64,000 nt of DNA from Lophium mytilinum (lineage: Eukaryota), in NCBI GenBank assembly GCA_010093605.1, contig MU004181.1, positions 2,542,001 through 2,606,000 on the forward strand, read 5' to 3'. How positions within the stretch are numbered: the stretch's first letter is position 1; every line of letters begins with the position of its first letter. Position numbers and translations under genes: made by a program. A model generated the notes under the pieces. The model saw only the letters and a list, made by a program, of their open reading frames with translations, made no database searches and was not told where the DNA came from. This document shows positions 1-11,364 of the stretch, one piece after another.

Positions 1-211
1 GGCCGCAGCAGAGCTTTAGCAACCAGCAGGTCTCGTGGCGCTCACGGTAGAAGCAGAGCAGCCATGTCGTGAGTATGCCAACTGCGACGAGGAAGACGAC
101 CGTAGAGACGATGACTATAAGAACCAGCTGTGACGGAGGAGCCGCTTGGTCAGTACCCAAGTCGCTTTCCGATCGAGAAGTCAAGGCTGGGCGTCTGGAT
201 ATAACGGGCAT
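1..211 (-). CDS. Orphan single-pass membrane protein, 3' end runs off the window (array member Z)
   Basis: Manual translation from the ATG at 211 gives MPVISRRPALTSRSESDLGTDQAAPPSQ-LVLIVIVSTVVFLVAVGILTTWLLCFY-RERHE..., open to base 1. It has one long hydrophobic segment followed by charged residues. It is absent from the ORF track because it is truncated. Confidence 0.6.
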   Translation of the reverse strand, partial: MPVISRRPALTSRSESDLGTDQAAPPSQLVLIVIVSTVVFLVAVGILTTWLLCFYRERHETCWLLKLCCG

Positions 212-699
212 ATTCAGGTATTCAGAGGACGATATCACCGAGAGCTACTTGTTTAGCACTGCTGAAACGAAGGAGTCGCAAATCGACAGCTCTGGATGCC
301 GTTGTAGTATTGTGTACCTAAGGACCCGTATTCTCGTGTCTGCGATAGACGTATCTGTGAAAGCAGGTCAGAGTTGGAGGCAGATAGAGAGCCATGGGGC
401 GACTGACTTCTCTTGTAGCAATAAAGAAACGCTTAACAATAGCTTTGTCAAACGGCCGTCTGCGCATTGCGGATGAGAAGACGAGAGCGTGAACAAAGGA
501 TGGCGGGGTGATGGCGAACGAAGGTCGTCGTCTTTGTGAGGAAGTTGCATGACGGCACGTACGAAGGCCCGTGCACGCACCACGAAGGTGAATTAGATGG
601 TAAGCGTGCACACCTATAGACGCTATGGCGGTTACGAAAGGCTGTTACACCTCCTACTGAGATTGGAATGCGTCAGGTAGATAGTCAACTATGGATCGA

Positions 700-2022
700 C
701 TACACTAACGCTGAAGCTTGTGGGAGATCGAAGCTTCTCACCACCGCGAGAGCTACCGGAGTCCATTTCATGATAGAATCATGTCCTAACACCTTCACGT
801 CAGCATTTATAGGCACCATTCGAGCGATACCACTAACCTCCGTGGTATACTATCTCCTTCCTGATGATCCTCTCCCCATCGATCCAACTGTCCACCACCC
901 CGCCGTCGCCGAGATCAATTGACTCCTTCATTTTGTCTATCTCTGTCCTCGTCACCTTGTGCCCCGAAACTGATTCCACGATTCGATAAAAGAGCTCATT
1001 AGACTGGTGGAAAGGCATTACTATATCTCCCGTGGCATGGACCATGGTCATTCGGATCTTTCTGCTTTTTTGCACCACCTCTGCCAACCTATCTGCACTT
1101 TTCCAAGTGTCTTTCACTCTCCTTCCAAGCCATGCGCTTAACCAGGGCATGAGTTTCAAGGGCGCAAAAACGGGCAACACTCCGCCAACGGAGTAGGATA
1201 GGAAAGCATTCTTGGCGTCGCTAAAGCCGGCGCAGATAACAACGCCGGCAATTTGCGAAGGGGGATCCAAATTGATGGCATACTGGGCGGCGGCACTGGC
1301 AACAGCTGTCCCAAGACTGTGCCCTAGTAATACAATGCGGTCCGCAGGGATATGAGCTTCGTTAAGAGCCCAATCAAGTACGGCGATGGCATCATTGACA
1401 CATCCGGCTTCTGTCGGAGTTCCAGTAGAATGGCCAAAGCCGCGGTAATCAAACGTTAGGATGAAGATCTTATCAGACGCACCAGACGAGAGAACGCGAT
1501 ACTCCTCGGTGCGCCGGCCCTGTCCAATTGTTGCCGTGTTACCGTGGAAATAGATCACGAGTCGCGCTTCCGGATCTTGAGCGAGAAGTTGGAAGGCCAA
1601 TCTTTCTTTCACATCAGCAAAAGGGCCAGCTTTTTCTTTCTGGAAGCTCTCAACATGTCTTGCATAGATCCCCAATGGGGCAATTAGCCAGGCGTAGAGG
1701 CGCTCTCCATCATTCGTTGGGATCCGAAATGGGGCGACTTGACTCTCTATTGCGGTCAGCTGTACTTCTCGTTGATAGTTAAAGTAGCCTACTTAAGAAT
1801 CCAAACGTTTCCGGTCTGTCTAGCTTGAACCCCCACCATATTTTGACCCAGTGCAAGTACAACATCCTTTAGGATAATCAACGTGGAGTCCGGTGAGGTG
1901 ACCATAGTATCTTACTGGCGCTGGAACCATGGGATGCTGCAGAGAAGCATACCCAAGATCCATATCCCACTCACAGCACTTAGACATACTGTGATGCGGT
2001 GGTACGCCCCCGTGGCATCCAT
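700..2022 (-). CDS. Alpha/beta hydrolase, ABHD12/ABHD13 (BEM46)-like, multi-exon
   Basis: The ORF 833-1675 has IYFHGN, FDYRGFG and the nucleophile elbow GHSLG. A hydrophobic first exon starts at ATG 2022 (MDATGAYHRITVCLSAVSGIWILGMLLCSIPWFQRQ, then a GTAAG donor). The last exon (GHDSIMKW...) follows YHGG and ends at TAG 700-702. Confidence 0.85.
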
Positions 2023-2505
2023 AATCGGTCAGCCTGTCGTTGAGGTGTAAAGGGCGTGTGAGACGCACTGATCAGCGATCGGAACAGTAGTCCGAAGAAC
2101 TAGTCCCAGTCAGTCAGGGAAGCGGAAGATCCCAACGGTATGGCGGCGGTGCCAACCACAATACTCTCCAGATGTCCAGCGCTTCAACGCATGAATTCAC
2201 TTACTAGGTCTTAAAGTGCTTCTACCTTGCGCGGAATGATGGTAGCAATGTTATCACACTCGCTCTTCGTCATGTGATCCAATCTGACATCGTCAAAGCC
2301 CCGCTCGCATTCAGCCAGTTTCGTGTCATCCACGCGTATCAGCAGCCGCGACGGATTGTCACCTTCCACGGGAAACCTAGTCCGCGGCCGATATGCTGCT
2401 GCCTAGCTAGATTGCACACAGTATATACATTTGACAGAGTCGCCTCTACCTACTCACCCTAGAGCCAGCCTCTATTCTAACAGAAGAACATTTAACGCGC
2501 TTGCC

Positions 2506-3229
2506 ATGTCCGCTCCGGCAGAAACCAGCACTCGAGTCTATAATGGCTCCTGCCATTGTGGTGGGTTTGACTTCAGCCACTATAAACATGACTTCAACTG
2601 AACTGTATAGGGGCGACACAATACTTGGTCAGGTTGACCTTCCCACCGATCCTCGACATCAACGCGAAGTCGATCCGAATCTACAAGTGCAATTGCAGCA
2701 CATGTACCAAAATGAACCTGTTCCATCTTCGTCCGATAGATCCAGCCAGCGACTTCCTAGTCCTGAGTCCCAATCCTGAGACCGACCTAGGGGACTACCG
2801 CACATTCAAGAAGGTCCAGAGCTGGTATTTCTGTAAGGAATGCGGTGTACGATGTTTCGGTATTGGTGGGGAATGGGAGACCACCGAGGTCGATCTTGAC
2901 AAATGGAAGGGGAATGAAGGGTCTGAAGGGAAGACGACAAAGGCGTGGAAGCTCAAAGCTGGAGAATGGAAGTATGAGCATGAGGGGAAGGAGGTTGTCA
3001 GACCATCTTGCTATCTTTCGGTCAATGCTGTTACCGTTGAGCCCGACCAAGAGGGCTTCTCCCTCAAGGAATGGCATGAGAAAGGTTGGATAACATATGT
3101 GGTATGTTTCTTTTTCTCCGCTCTTACGTGCATTCCGTTTCGCTATTCCTTGCTAACAAGTAGCAGGACGCTAGACACCGCGAAGGGGGCCCGAAAGTGG
3201 GCGAACCTTACAAATGGGGTTCCTATTAG
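2506..3229 (+). CDS. GFA/CENP-V (Mss4-like) zinc-binding family protein, 3 exons
   Basis: Exon 1 (MSAPAETSTRVYNGSCHCG) splices to the 2625 frame. The protein carries the CHC, CNCSTC and FCKECG zinc-ligand motifs. The last exon ends at TAG 3227-3229. Confidence 0.85.
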
Positions 3230-3678
3230 CGTCGGATTATTCAGTGGACATGATGAATGACGAAGAGATCGCTACATTTCGCACATTTTCCACGGTGCAC
3301 TCTGAAGAATCGAATTCAACGCTGTATAATCAAGCTTTTGACAAGATCGCCATCTATCGCATTCAAAAATACTGATACTACTCCACACCTCATCGACGCA
3401 CAGAGCTAATCATCTCGGCGAAAAGTCCCTCGTAAGTCCATCGCGGTGTTGATACAGGTGACCTATAGGTCGAACTGAGTGGCTAGGATTAGCTCGTTCT
3501 CGTTTTCGACATTCTTTCTGTCTGCAACGAAAAATCGACCGTGTTTTGAATTTCAACTCCTCTCTCCGCCTTCCGTGCTTGGTGTTCCATAGGATAAAAT
3601 TCTTTATGTCCCAGTCAGGTCTAATTGGTCCAGCCGACACTTTACAGGCTATCATCGTTTCAACGGCGGATGTGTCCC

Positions 3679-4167
3679 TCATCGCACGACCTGCCTCTCC
3701 GCCCCCGTCCAAACTCCGACTCCATTTTCATTTCCTTCTCTCAGCGGCGCCGACCGATCATAAGCTCTCTCTGGCGTCTGCGCCTCACGTCCCGCGACTG
3801 CATGCGACTGCCACAACATCCTATTCAGGGAATCCCACGAGCTTCCAGCGCCACGGTTCCCCTCTGTTCTGGTATGTATATTCCCCAACTCCACACTCTG
3901 CGAGCGCCCTGTCGGATCTGCACCAGCAAGATGTCGCGAACCCGGCCACCGCCACCGCCACCCAATCCGTTGTCCGCGTCTTGGGTTGCTCATCCAATCA
4001 GCGCGGCTGCAAAGCATCATGGTAGCGATGACTAGAAAGAGGAGGATAAATCCGATCATAAAGAAGATGGCGGTGAAGAATCTGGGGGGTAGATCGTAGG
4101 AATATTTCTCGTCTCCGCGTCGGAGAAGAGGAGGTGAGGCAGTGATCGCACCTCTGGCGGGTGCCAT
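3679..4167 (-). CDS. Orphan single-pass membrane protein (array member A)
   Basis: 162-aa ATG ORF with a TM-like segment FFTAIFFMIGFILLFLVIATMML, followed by an Arg/Trp-rich juxtamembrane stretch and a low-complexity tail. Confidence 0.6.
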   Translation of the reverse strand: MAPARGAITASPPLLRRGDEKYSYDLPPRFFTAIFFMIGFILLFLVIATMMLCSRADWMSNPRRGQRIGWRWRWPGSRHLAGADPTGRSQSVELGNIHTRTEGNRGAGSSWDSLNRMLWQSHAVAGREAQTPERAYDRSAPLREGNENGVGVWTGAERQVVR

Positions 4168-4734
4168 TGTAAAGGTGTACTGGAATTGGGATGGTATATT
4201 TCAGGTTATGCTTGATGCAGATAATGGTATAAATTGGGCAGGTCTGGCGAAGATTCCGCTAGCGGCGATGATACCGACAAGGCAGGAAGCTTGACCTCTC
4301 CGCGCTAGGGATTTTCATGATTCTTAAGGACTGCATCAGCATGGTTAAAAAACTTCACTTTCGTATAAGTAAATGCGTGCAGGTATACGTAGGAGATACT
4401 GTGTTGGTAGGTGACGTTACTAGATCGTACGCTTTTGATAGCCACGTCGGTGAAGGTTGAAGATGGCCAAAGTACAGTCACGAGCGAAAATGACGACTGC
4501 CTTGCAAACGAATATGCAAACGTCGCGATGAAGGGAAAGTCTTTTCGAAGATTCACAGATACATATGTGATAATTGGATGGGAGATGAATTCATTGATGT
4601 ATATTCAAGATAGGGAGATAACGAAAGGCTTAGTTTTTGCAAATGTCCTCTAAGAGAATCTAGGTCAGAGAGCCTAAACAGCCTTGCAGGTACTTACAAA
4701 GTCCCTACCAGACCAGTGCTGACTTTTCGGACAA

Positions 4735-5286
4735 CTAGCGCGAAAGGGGTCCCAGTATTGGTTTGGTCAAACGACGACCCGAAGGTTGAGAGGGAGGCTG
4801 CCGAGTGAAGTGATTCCATGGACTGGAGTGATCGAACTCCGGCAGTCGTGGCGGCTGCGAAGGGATGTGATGACCAGGCACGCCTTCCTCCTGCTGCCTC
4901 AAGGACAGGTTAGTCATTTCAATGCCCTCTGAGCCCTCGCATGGCTGCGGCGGTGAAGGCTCGCGCTTACGGTCCCGGTTGCTCTGGTTCTTGCACTTCT
5001 GGCAAGTACCGTCTCTGTAAGTTGTGTAGATCATCAAGATAAGGAACACAGTCATGAAGATGAAGAGCAGAGAGAGACATATGAGCGCGACGATTGGGAA
5101 GGCTGGGTTTGGGTAGCCACCCGATGGACGTTCGCCGGTCACGGTCTGGGTAACAGTCGCCGTTGTAGTGATGGTTGAAACGGACATCTGACTTGCTTTG
5201 GAAGGGTCAAGACTTTTAGTCAAGACCCCGGATAGCCTTTGGGAGGTATGCGCGGAGAAGGTTCCTGGAAGGGGAAATGTGGTCAT
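4735..5286 (-). CDS. Orphan single-pass membrane protein (array member B)
   Basis: 183-aa ATG ORF with a Thr-rich N-region, TM segment PAFPIVALICLSLLFIFMTVFLILMIY, CQKC plus a basic patch, and a Pro-rich tail. A TATATATA lies at about 5401. Confidence 0.7.
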   Translation of the reverse strand: MTTFPLPGTFSAHTSQRLSGVLTKSLDPSKASQMSVSTITTTATVTQTVTGERPSGGYPNPAFPIVALICLSLLFIFMTVFLILMIYTTYRDGTCQKCKNQSNRDRKREPSPPQPCEGSEGIEMTNLSLRQQEEGVPGHHIPSQPPRLPEFDHSSPWNHFTRQPPSQPSGRRLTKPILGPLSR

Positions 5287-6021
5287 CAGAAGGCGATTGA
5301 CAAGTGATATGGAAAGTCTTTAAGATCAGAGTGAGTGGATTCTCAATCTCAGGGCTGCTTTAGTCTGATGCTTTTGTCGTAGAAAACGCGGACATTCCCG
5401 TATATATACCGAATTCGGATTCCGTGCCCATACAATGCTGGTCTTACAATGTTTAGGTTTTTGTGCGCTCCTATTGGTCCAGCACACAAAGGTTTTCTCT
5501 TTGGGTTCTAGAGTATGCTAGGTTGTTATCGAAGACATGTTTTTATTGACCAGGCGCTTCGCGCAATTTGACCTACCACGAGTGGGGGAGACAGGCATTG
5601 TTTAGTGGCGCCCAAAGCTACTGCTCGGAAGCAAGGTAGATCGAATCGCCTGAACTCTGCAAGTGAAAAGCAACGATACTATTTGAAGCTATTCATAAGC
5701 TTTCAGAAAACAGCTATCAATCGAATGCAATGCCATTAGTTTTGATCGAGGACTTCGAATTTAGAGACGAAGGCGAAGTCGTTGCATGAAACACGCCATG
5801 TCCAACATCACTTACAAATGGCATATGAAGTAGTTAGCTGGTCTTCGGATCGAGAGATATTTTTGAGATTCTGAGTTACGTATTCGCTATCGCGGGGAAA
5901 TGTGAGTCGATTCTCATTTCTAACTTCTATCGAGCCAGCGAATAGGGTATTTAGAAGAAGTAACTCAGCCAGCAACATGATCCGAAGTGATCATATCACT
6001 GATCTAGATCAGAAAGCAAAC

Positions 6022-6864
6022 CTAAGTCCGCAGCTCAAATGCCCATGCAGTATCAGGGCCATATTTGGTCTCCGGATGACAGTGGCGCCTAACCTGTACT
6101 ACCTTCCGTGGTGGAAGTGGAGGCGTCGGCGGACTTCGTGCCTTCAAAGAATTCTCGATAGGTGATGATCTAGGCGGGATCGGTGTAAAAGCCCACGCGT
6201 TCTCTTCGTTAAACTCCAAGTTTGGATGCATTCCCGTCTTCAGGTACACACGAGGAGGCTTCGCCGGTTCGGCCAAATTCATCACCATTCTTCTCGGTCC
6301 CCTCGCCATATGTGAGAGATCGGGCCTTTCCCATGGCAATGCAGGCCTTTGCGGAGCTTGAGATCGTGCTTCGTCGTCTTCTTTTGGTTTGAACCACCCT
6401 TCTCTAATGGGATTTGTCTCTTCCTTACCTACTATGTTGTACTCTTTGGGCGATTGCTGCCTTGCTTGGAGACGAGGAGGGGGTTCTCTTCTCGCCTGCT
6501 GAGCTCCGCGTGATACCTGCGTTACTATGGCCAGCGGAGGTGCGTCTGGGCCCCTCCGTCGATGGTGCAGGGTCCTAGCCCCAGCCTCCTCCTCCCTCGG
6601 AGCATTATTCCTCGTTCTGCATCGGCATAGCACTATGCTCAATGCGAACAGTACCGCGAATCCTAGCGCAGATGGTACAAGGATTGCTACCACTTTCTTT
6701 GTATCAAGAGGGTCAGGAGTCTTGTAGGTTTCAGGAGTAGGCACCCCTGAGAAGAAGGACTTCGAGACTGTGCACGGAAAGATCACTCCCGTTTTCCAAC
6801 ATGACGGAATGTTTGTAGGTGCTGGCTCGTCAGCACGCCCGACGAGAGATTGCATTGGAGGCAT
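6022..6864 (-). CDS. Orphan single-pass membrane protein (array member C)
   Basis: The first ATG of the 313-codon ORF is at 6864 (MPPMQSLVGRADEP). TM segment VVAILVPSALGFAVLFALSIVL is followed by CRCRTR and a long Pro/Arg-rich tail. Confidence 0.7.
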   Translation of the reverse strand: MPPMQSLVGRADEPAPTNIPSCWKTGVIFPCTVSKSFFSGVPTPETYKTPDPLDTKKVVAILVPSALGFAVLFALSIVLCRCRTRNNAPREEEAGARTLHHRRRGPDAPPLAIVTQVSRGAQQARREPPPRLQARQQSPKEYNIVGKEETNPIREGWFKPKEDDEARSQAPQRPALPWERPDLSHMARGPRRMVMNLAEPAKPPRVYLKTGMHPNLEFNEENAWAFTPIPPRSSPIENSLKARSPPTPPLPPRKVVQVRRHCHPETKYGPDTAWAFELRT

Positions 6865-7434
6865 GAATACTGTTTCTGACTGCTTAAAGAAGTGGAGTAC
6901 TGACTGCCTGACCCGTATGGAAAAGCTTGCGAAGCGGAAGGGAATTTTTTTCTTATGTTGCAAGCAGATAAAATGTCGTGGTAAGCAATCAACCTCTCGG
7001 GGCTAGTGACTCTTTATGTGTACTTATGGAAAGGCTTTGACAATATCCTTTGTGTGTTTGTACAAACAATGCCGTCCCCTGATGTGCATAGGCGAAAGTG
7101 TTCTAATTTCCCCTTAGGCACCGCAGCTTTGTAATTTCACAATGTCGCACTCCGTATTATCCTTTTCGAACACTGTTGTCCGTGGGATCATCCTCAAAAT
7201 AACTCTCTGCGCATCGAGTCTCGACATCAATAACCATTCTTGAAGGCCAAAAAAATCAAATTTAGTACTGTAGCTGAAGTATCATAGGAGACTGGGATCT
7301 ATTGCTTATCTTACCTAAGTGCGGCTACCATTTTGATAACCTCTATTTACTCATTGCTAGCAAATGAGTACTGGAGCGGCTCACATAGAGCCCGCATTCT
7401 AACTCAGCTTCTCGCCGAGAATCTGCCTGGTCTC

Positions 7435-7909
7435 TTACTTGGGATGGTAGGTTGGTGGTGGACGAGTGAGTAGAAAGCACGCACTCCCACCCGATCCCTC
7501 AACCCAGGCAGGAGCTTGCTGCCCAGGGTCGGTCACTAGAGCAGCTTCAGCCAGGTTGCTAGCTCGAGCAGTGGTTTGTTGAGCCGGTTGCGGTCTACTG
7601 AAGGGTACATCAGCCGCCCATGCCTCGATATCATTGGCGCTGCTTGTAGCACCATTTACCTGTTGATTGGGACTATCAGGCGAAGGAGCTAGCACCAAAG
7701 CTAGCGATGGCGCACAAGATGGCACACAAGATGATTGGTCTGCCATCTGGAAGAGCAGAAGGGTTTGGGTCTGAGGATTCAGCCTTGAGACGGGAGTCTT
7801 GTGGTGGATTTTTCAGGTCCAAAGAGTTTGGGAGAGACTGCGTGTGCTCGTACCTGGGGGTTTCGAAAGCTTTTGGAGCACAGAACTGATGAGGTAACTT
7901 AGCTGACAT
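7435..7909 (-). pseudogene. Frameshifted paralog of array member E (array member D)
   Basis: Two ORFs overlap in different frames: MSAKLPHQ...PIILCAILCAI and LALVLAPSP...NDIEAWAAD...ARASNLAEAALVTD. The second resembles the C-terminus of the gene at 8437-8877. One frameshift near 7700-7715 joins them. Confidence 0.55.
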
Positions 7910-8436
7910 TCCTTGAGTGATATATATGTCCAAGAGAATTGAATTGCGTTTTCACAACTCGACGAACTTTTGCAGGTTTCTTTATTCACACCAGGTCAGG
8001 CGAGCGAACAATGTTTCGCGTTCACAATGCACTCTCATTAGCTATTGATGAAGAAAGTCGCAACGCGCGCCACAAAATACTAGTCTCTAGCGTATGAAGA
8101 GAAAGCGGGTCACGTGTATCGTCGACTGTTGGCGAGTTTCGATTATCACAGAAGTCCTGCATCAAGCAATAGTTGCTCATGTCACAGTATCAGTGTTTTA
8201 AGTTGCATGGGGATGTATGTTATGAGAATTGGGATCTATCGTTTACCTTGAGCGAGTGCTGATATCAACTGGATATCTGTAATGCACCTTTGTGGAGTCG
8301 TGGAGAGCCTACTATCAGCTTAATTGAACCATCGAGCCTCCGATATACCACTGACGGCTCGTTTCTAGAACTCTAAGAAGGCGAAGGGTGTTATCTTGTT
8401 AAAGTTACTCAGTTCGTAGCCAGGTGGTTCGGGGTG

Positions 8437-8877
8437 CTACCGCCGGCTGTCAGTCACCCGAGCGGCAGCGGCAAGGTTGCTGGTTCGGGTAGGTTGGTGA
8501 CTCGCCTGAGTTTTAGTGATTTTTGCATCAGAATCATCTCCCGGCCTCCAATTAGCGGCTCGGACTTCGACATCTTCGACACCAGGTGCTCGCTTCGTCT
8601 TCCTGAATACTTTCGAGATGGCGAAGCCAAGGGTCAAGATGGCAAGTACGCCCACGAAGATCCCCACTATGGCTATAGCCACAAGTATACCCACCTTGGT
8701 ATCATGCTTAATGGATGCGGACGTTGTCGAGAGAGTGGGCACCCACGATGCGGCTGGAGGTGCCCCTGTGGGAGTCGGAGTCCAAGCCGGAAGAGCTCGT
8801 TCTAGAAGTGCATTGACAGTTGCTCCTGGGGTAATGGGTTGCTTCGACACTATTGGGCTTGGAGTGATAAAAGCCAT
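8437..8877 (-). CDS. Orphan single-pass membrane protein (array member E)
   Basis: ATG at 8877 (MAFITPSPIVSK), a Pro/Thr-rich N-region, TM segment VGILVAIAIVGIFVGVLAILTLGFAI, then SKVFRKTKR (positive-inside pattern). Confidence 0.75.
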   Translation of the reverse strand: MAFITPSPIVSKQPITPGATVNALLERALPAWTPTPTGAPPAASWVPTLSTTSASIKHDTKVGILVAIAIVGIFVGVLAILTLGFAISKVFRKTKRAPGVEDVEVRAANWRPGDDSDAKITKTQASHQPTRTSNLAAAARVTDSRR

Positions 8878-9806
8878 GGTAGGTTGCAAGGTTTGCGTTG
8901 GAGCTGAAGAAAGATGAATGATCGAAAGAGAGATCAGTGGGTGTAGGATGGGACTACACGAGACTGCGAAGTTTAAGAGTTTTGGAATGCTGTCTCTGAG
9001 AGTTTTCAGAGAAGAAGACAAAAAGTTCTTGATGCAAGAGATAATCTAGAATTTGTGGTTGTCATCAAGGTTTCGCGAGAGGGTTTATATCCCGAGAGCT
9101 CTGCATTGTGACTTAAGTAGTCCACAAATCTTCAGGGCTTTCTTGCTGTGTAGCTATAAGGAGGAATTTCTGTTCATAGGAGATATACTTTGGTCATCTA
9201 ACAATGTCTTCGTCGGCAATTACCTATGGCTCGCATAGGGTGTCCACACTTCGATAGAACGCTTGCAGTTGCTTTACGTCCTCATCGGAGCAAAGAATCT
9301 ACCCGAAATATATGCCTCCGGCTTGCTTTGTTGTTCTTGTCTGATACCATATGCATGTCTGACGTCCTGATTAGAATTTGAGGATACAAGCTTGATTTTT
9401 CTGAAGAAGAAACTGTTTTCCACGGGGTAGCGTAAAATACCCGTTGCTTTGTAATGTTATTATCTATGTCTAGGCCACGTTGAGCTTTAAGCATCCTTCT
9501 CACGGCTAGAATTTAATGGTCCTACTCTTCAGAAACTATCAACAAGGACTGGGCTTACTTTGAGCTGACGAACATGGCTTCATTTAAAAAATGTCGAGCC
9601 TAGGCCGGAAGATAATTCCGCACGACCCTACCCCGGTCTTATACTTCCAGTATACTTCCAGTACCTCCAGCAAAATGGCGCTTCAGAAGTGCCGACTCTC
9701 GGTCCGTTGGCGGATCGCAAGTTCGGATTAGTTATCTCACGAGTAGTTTGCCGTGGGTATGGCCTCCAAAAGTTGCAGCAGTACGTAGTCGTCTGTGGGG
9801 AAGATA

Positions 9807-9820
9807 CCGAGGCGCCGAGG
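9807..9820 (+). promoter_or_regulatory. Two tandem CCGAGG motifs, putative FarA/FarB (Ctf1-type) fatty-acid response elements
   Basis: CCGAGG at 9807-9812 and 9815-9820, about 110 bp upstream of a peroxisomal thiolase ATG. CCGAGG is the established core for Aspergillus FarA/FarB regulation of beta-oxidation genes. Confidence 0.65.
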
Positions 9821-9926
9821 CACCCTCGAGTTTAAGATCCCGATTCCTAGCTCATCCGCCATCACTCCTTTCTGACACCCTCGCCGCCATTGCAACCTCA
9901 GTATCCTCTATAACGCTCCATTCATC

Positions 9927-11364
9927 ATGGCCGAACGACTCAGCTCCATTCTCTCGCACATCACACCCAGCAGAAGCGGCCTCTCCACCATGTAAGCTAA
10001 GCCAGCTCCATCCGCGGAGCTCTTCCCCGCATTATTCACCGAAATTGAAGAGGTTCTATACGCAAGTTCAATATATACATATACTGACAGTCCTCAGAAC
10101 CACCAAGAATGCCGATGATATAGTCATTACGCTTGCGATCCGGACACCCCTCACGAAGGCTGGCAAGGGTGGCTTGAAGGACACGCCGCTGGACGGCCTG
10201 GTGTATAAGCTTCTCAAGGAAGTGGTCTCGAAGTCAAAGATAGATCCGGCGTTGGTGGAGGATATCTGTTTGGGCAATGTACGCTTCCTCACCCTTGCCA
10301 ATGTCCCCAGCAAGCTCGAGACTGTTGCTTGAACGAAAGCTAATGGCATCTTCCAACAGGTCTCCGACGCTAAAGCAGCCTACTACGTCCGCGCCGCAAT
10401 GCTCGGTGCAGGCTTCCCTAATACCACCGCCGGCTCCTCCGTCAATCGTTTTTGCAGTTCCGGCTTGAAAGCTGTACAGGACATTGCGAACCAGATCTCC
10501 ACCGGTAGCATCAGCGTCGGGCTTGCATTAGGCGCGGAACACATGACCACGGGTGGCGACCGCCTCGAGCGACCCTACTACGACGAGATATTGCAGAACC
10601 AGGAGGCGTGCGACTGTATGCAGCCCATGGGACAAACCTCAGAGAATGTAGGAAAGGATTTCGACATCAGCCGCGAGGCGCAAGACAGGTACGCCACGGA
10701 GTCATACAGGCGAGCAGAGGTAGCCCAAAAAGCGGGCTGGTTTGACGACGAGATTGCGCCCATTTCTGTCAAGGTCAAGGACCCCAAGACGGGCGAGGAG
10801 AAGACCATCACTCTCACAAAAGACGAGGGTCCTCGGTGGGGAACCACGTTCGAGGCGCTGAACAAGATCCGTCCTGCTTTCCTTCCGCATGGCGACCGTA
10901 GTACTGGTGGCAACTCGTCCCAAGTAACCGATGGCGCGGCCGCTGTGCTGCTCATGAAGCGCTCCAAGGCTGAGGAGCTTGGTCAACCCATCCTAGCCAA
11001 ATACGTCGGCGCCACGGTAGCTGGTCTCGCCCCACGGATTATGGGCATTGGGCCCTCCATTGCCATTCCCAAGCTGTTGACGAAGTTCAACATCACCCTT
11101 GCTGACGTCGACCTCATCGAGCTGAACGAAGCTTTTGCCAGCATGGCCGTGTACTGTGTCAACACCCTGAAGATCGACCCAGCCAAGATGAATGTGAGAG
11201 GTGGCGCAATTGCACTAGGACACCCCCTGGGATGTACAGGCGCACGGCAGATAGTGACCGGTCTCAGTGAAGCCAGGAGGCAGAAGAAGAAGATCTTGCT
11301 CACCAGCATGTGTATTGGTACTGGTATGGGGATGGCCGGGTTGTTCGTCAACGAACAGATCTAA
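9927..11364 (+). CDS. Peroxisomal 3-ketoacyl-CoA thiolase (POT1/FOX3-like), 3 exons
   Basis: Motifs NRFCSSGL (catalytic Cys), NEAFAS, GGAIALGHPLG and SMCIGTGMG. Exon 1 (MAERLSSILSHI) contains a PTS2-like nonapeptide RL-X5-HI. Introns lie at about 9992-10098 and 10278-10359. Confidence 0.95.

Noticed and set aside
69..476. 135-aa plus-strand ORF
   Set aside because: It has a GTG start and no recognisable features. The opposite strand encodes a more convincing TM protein.
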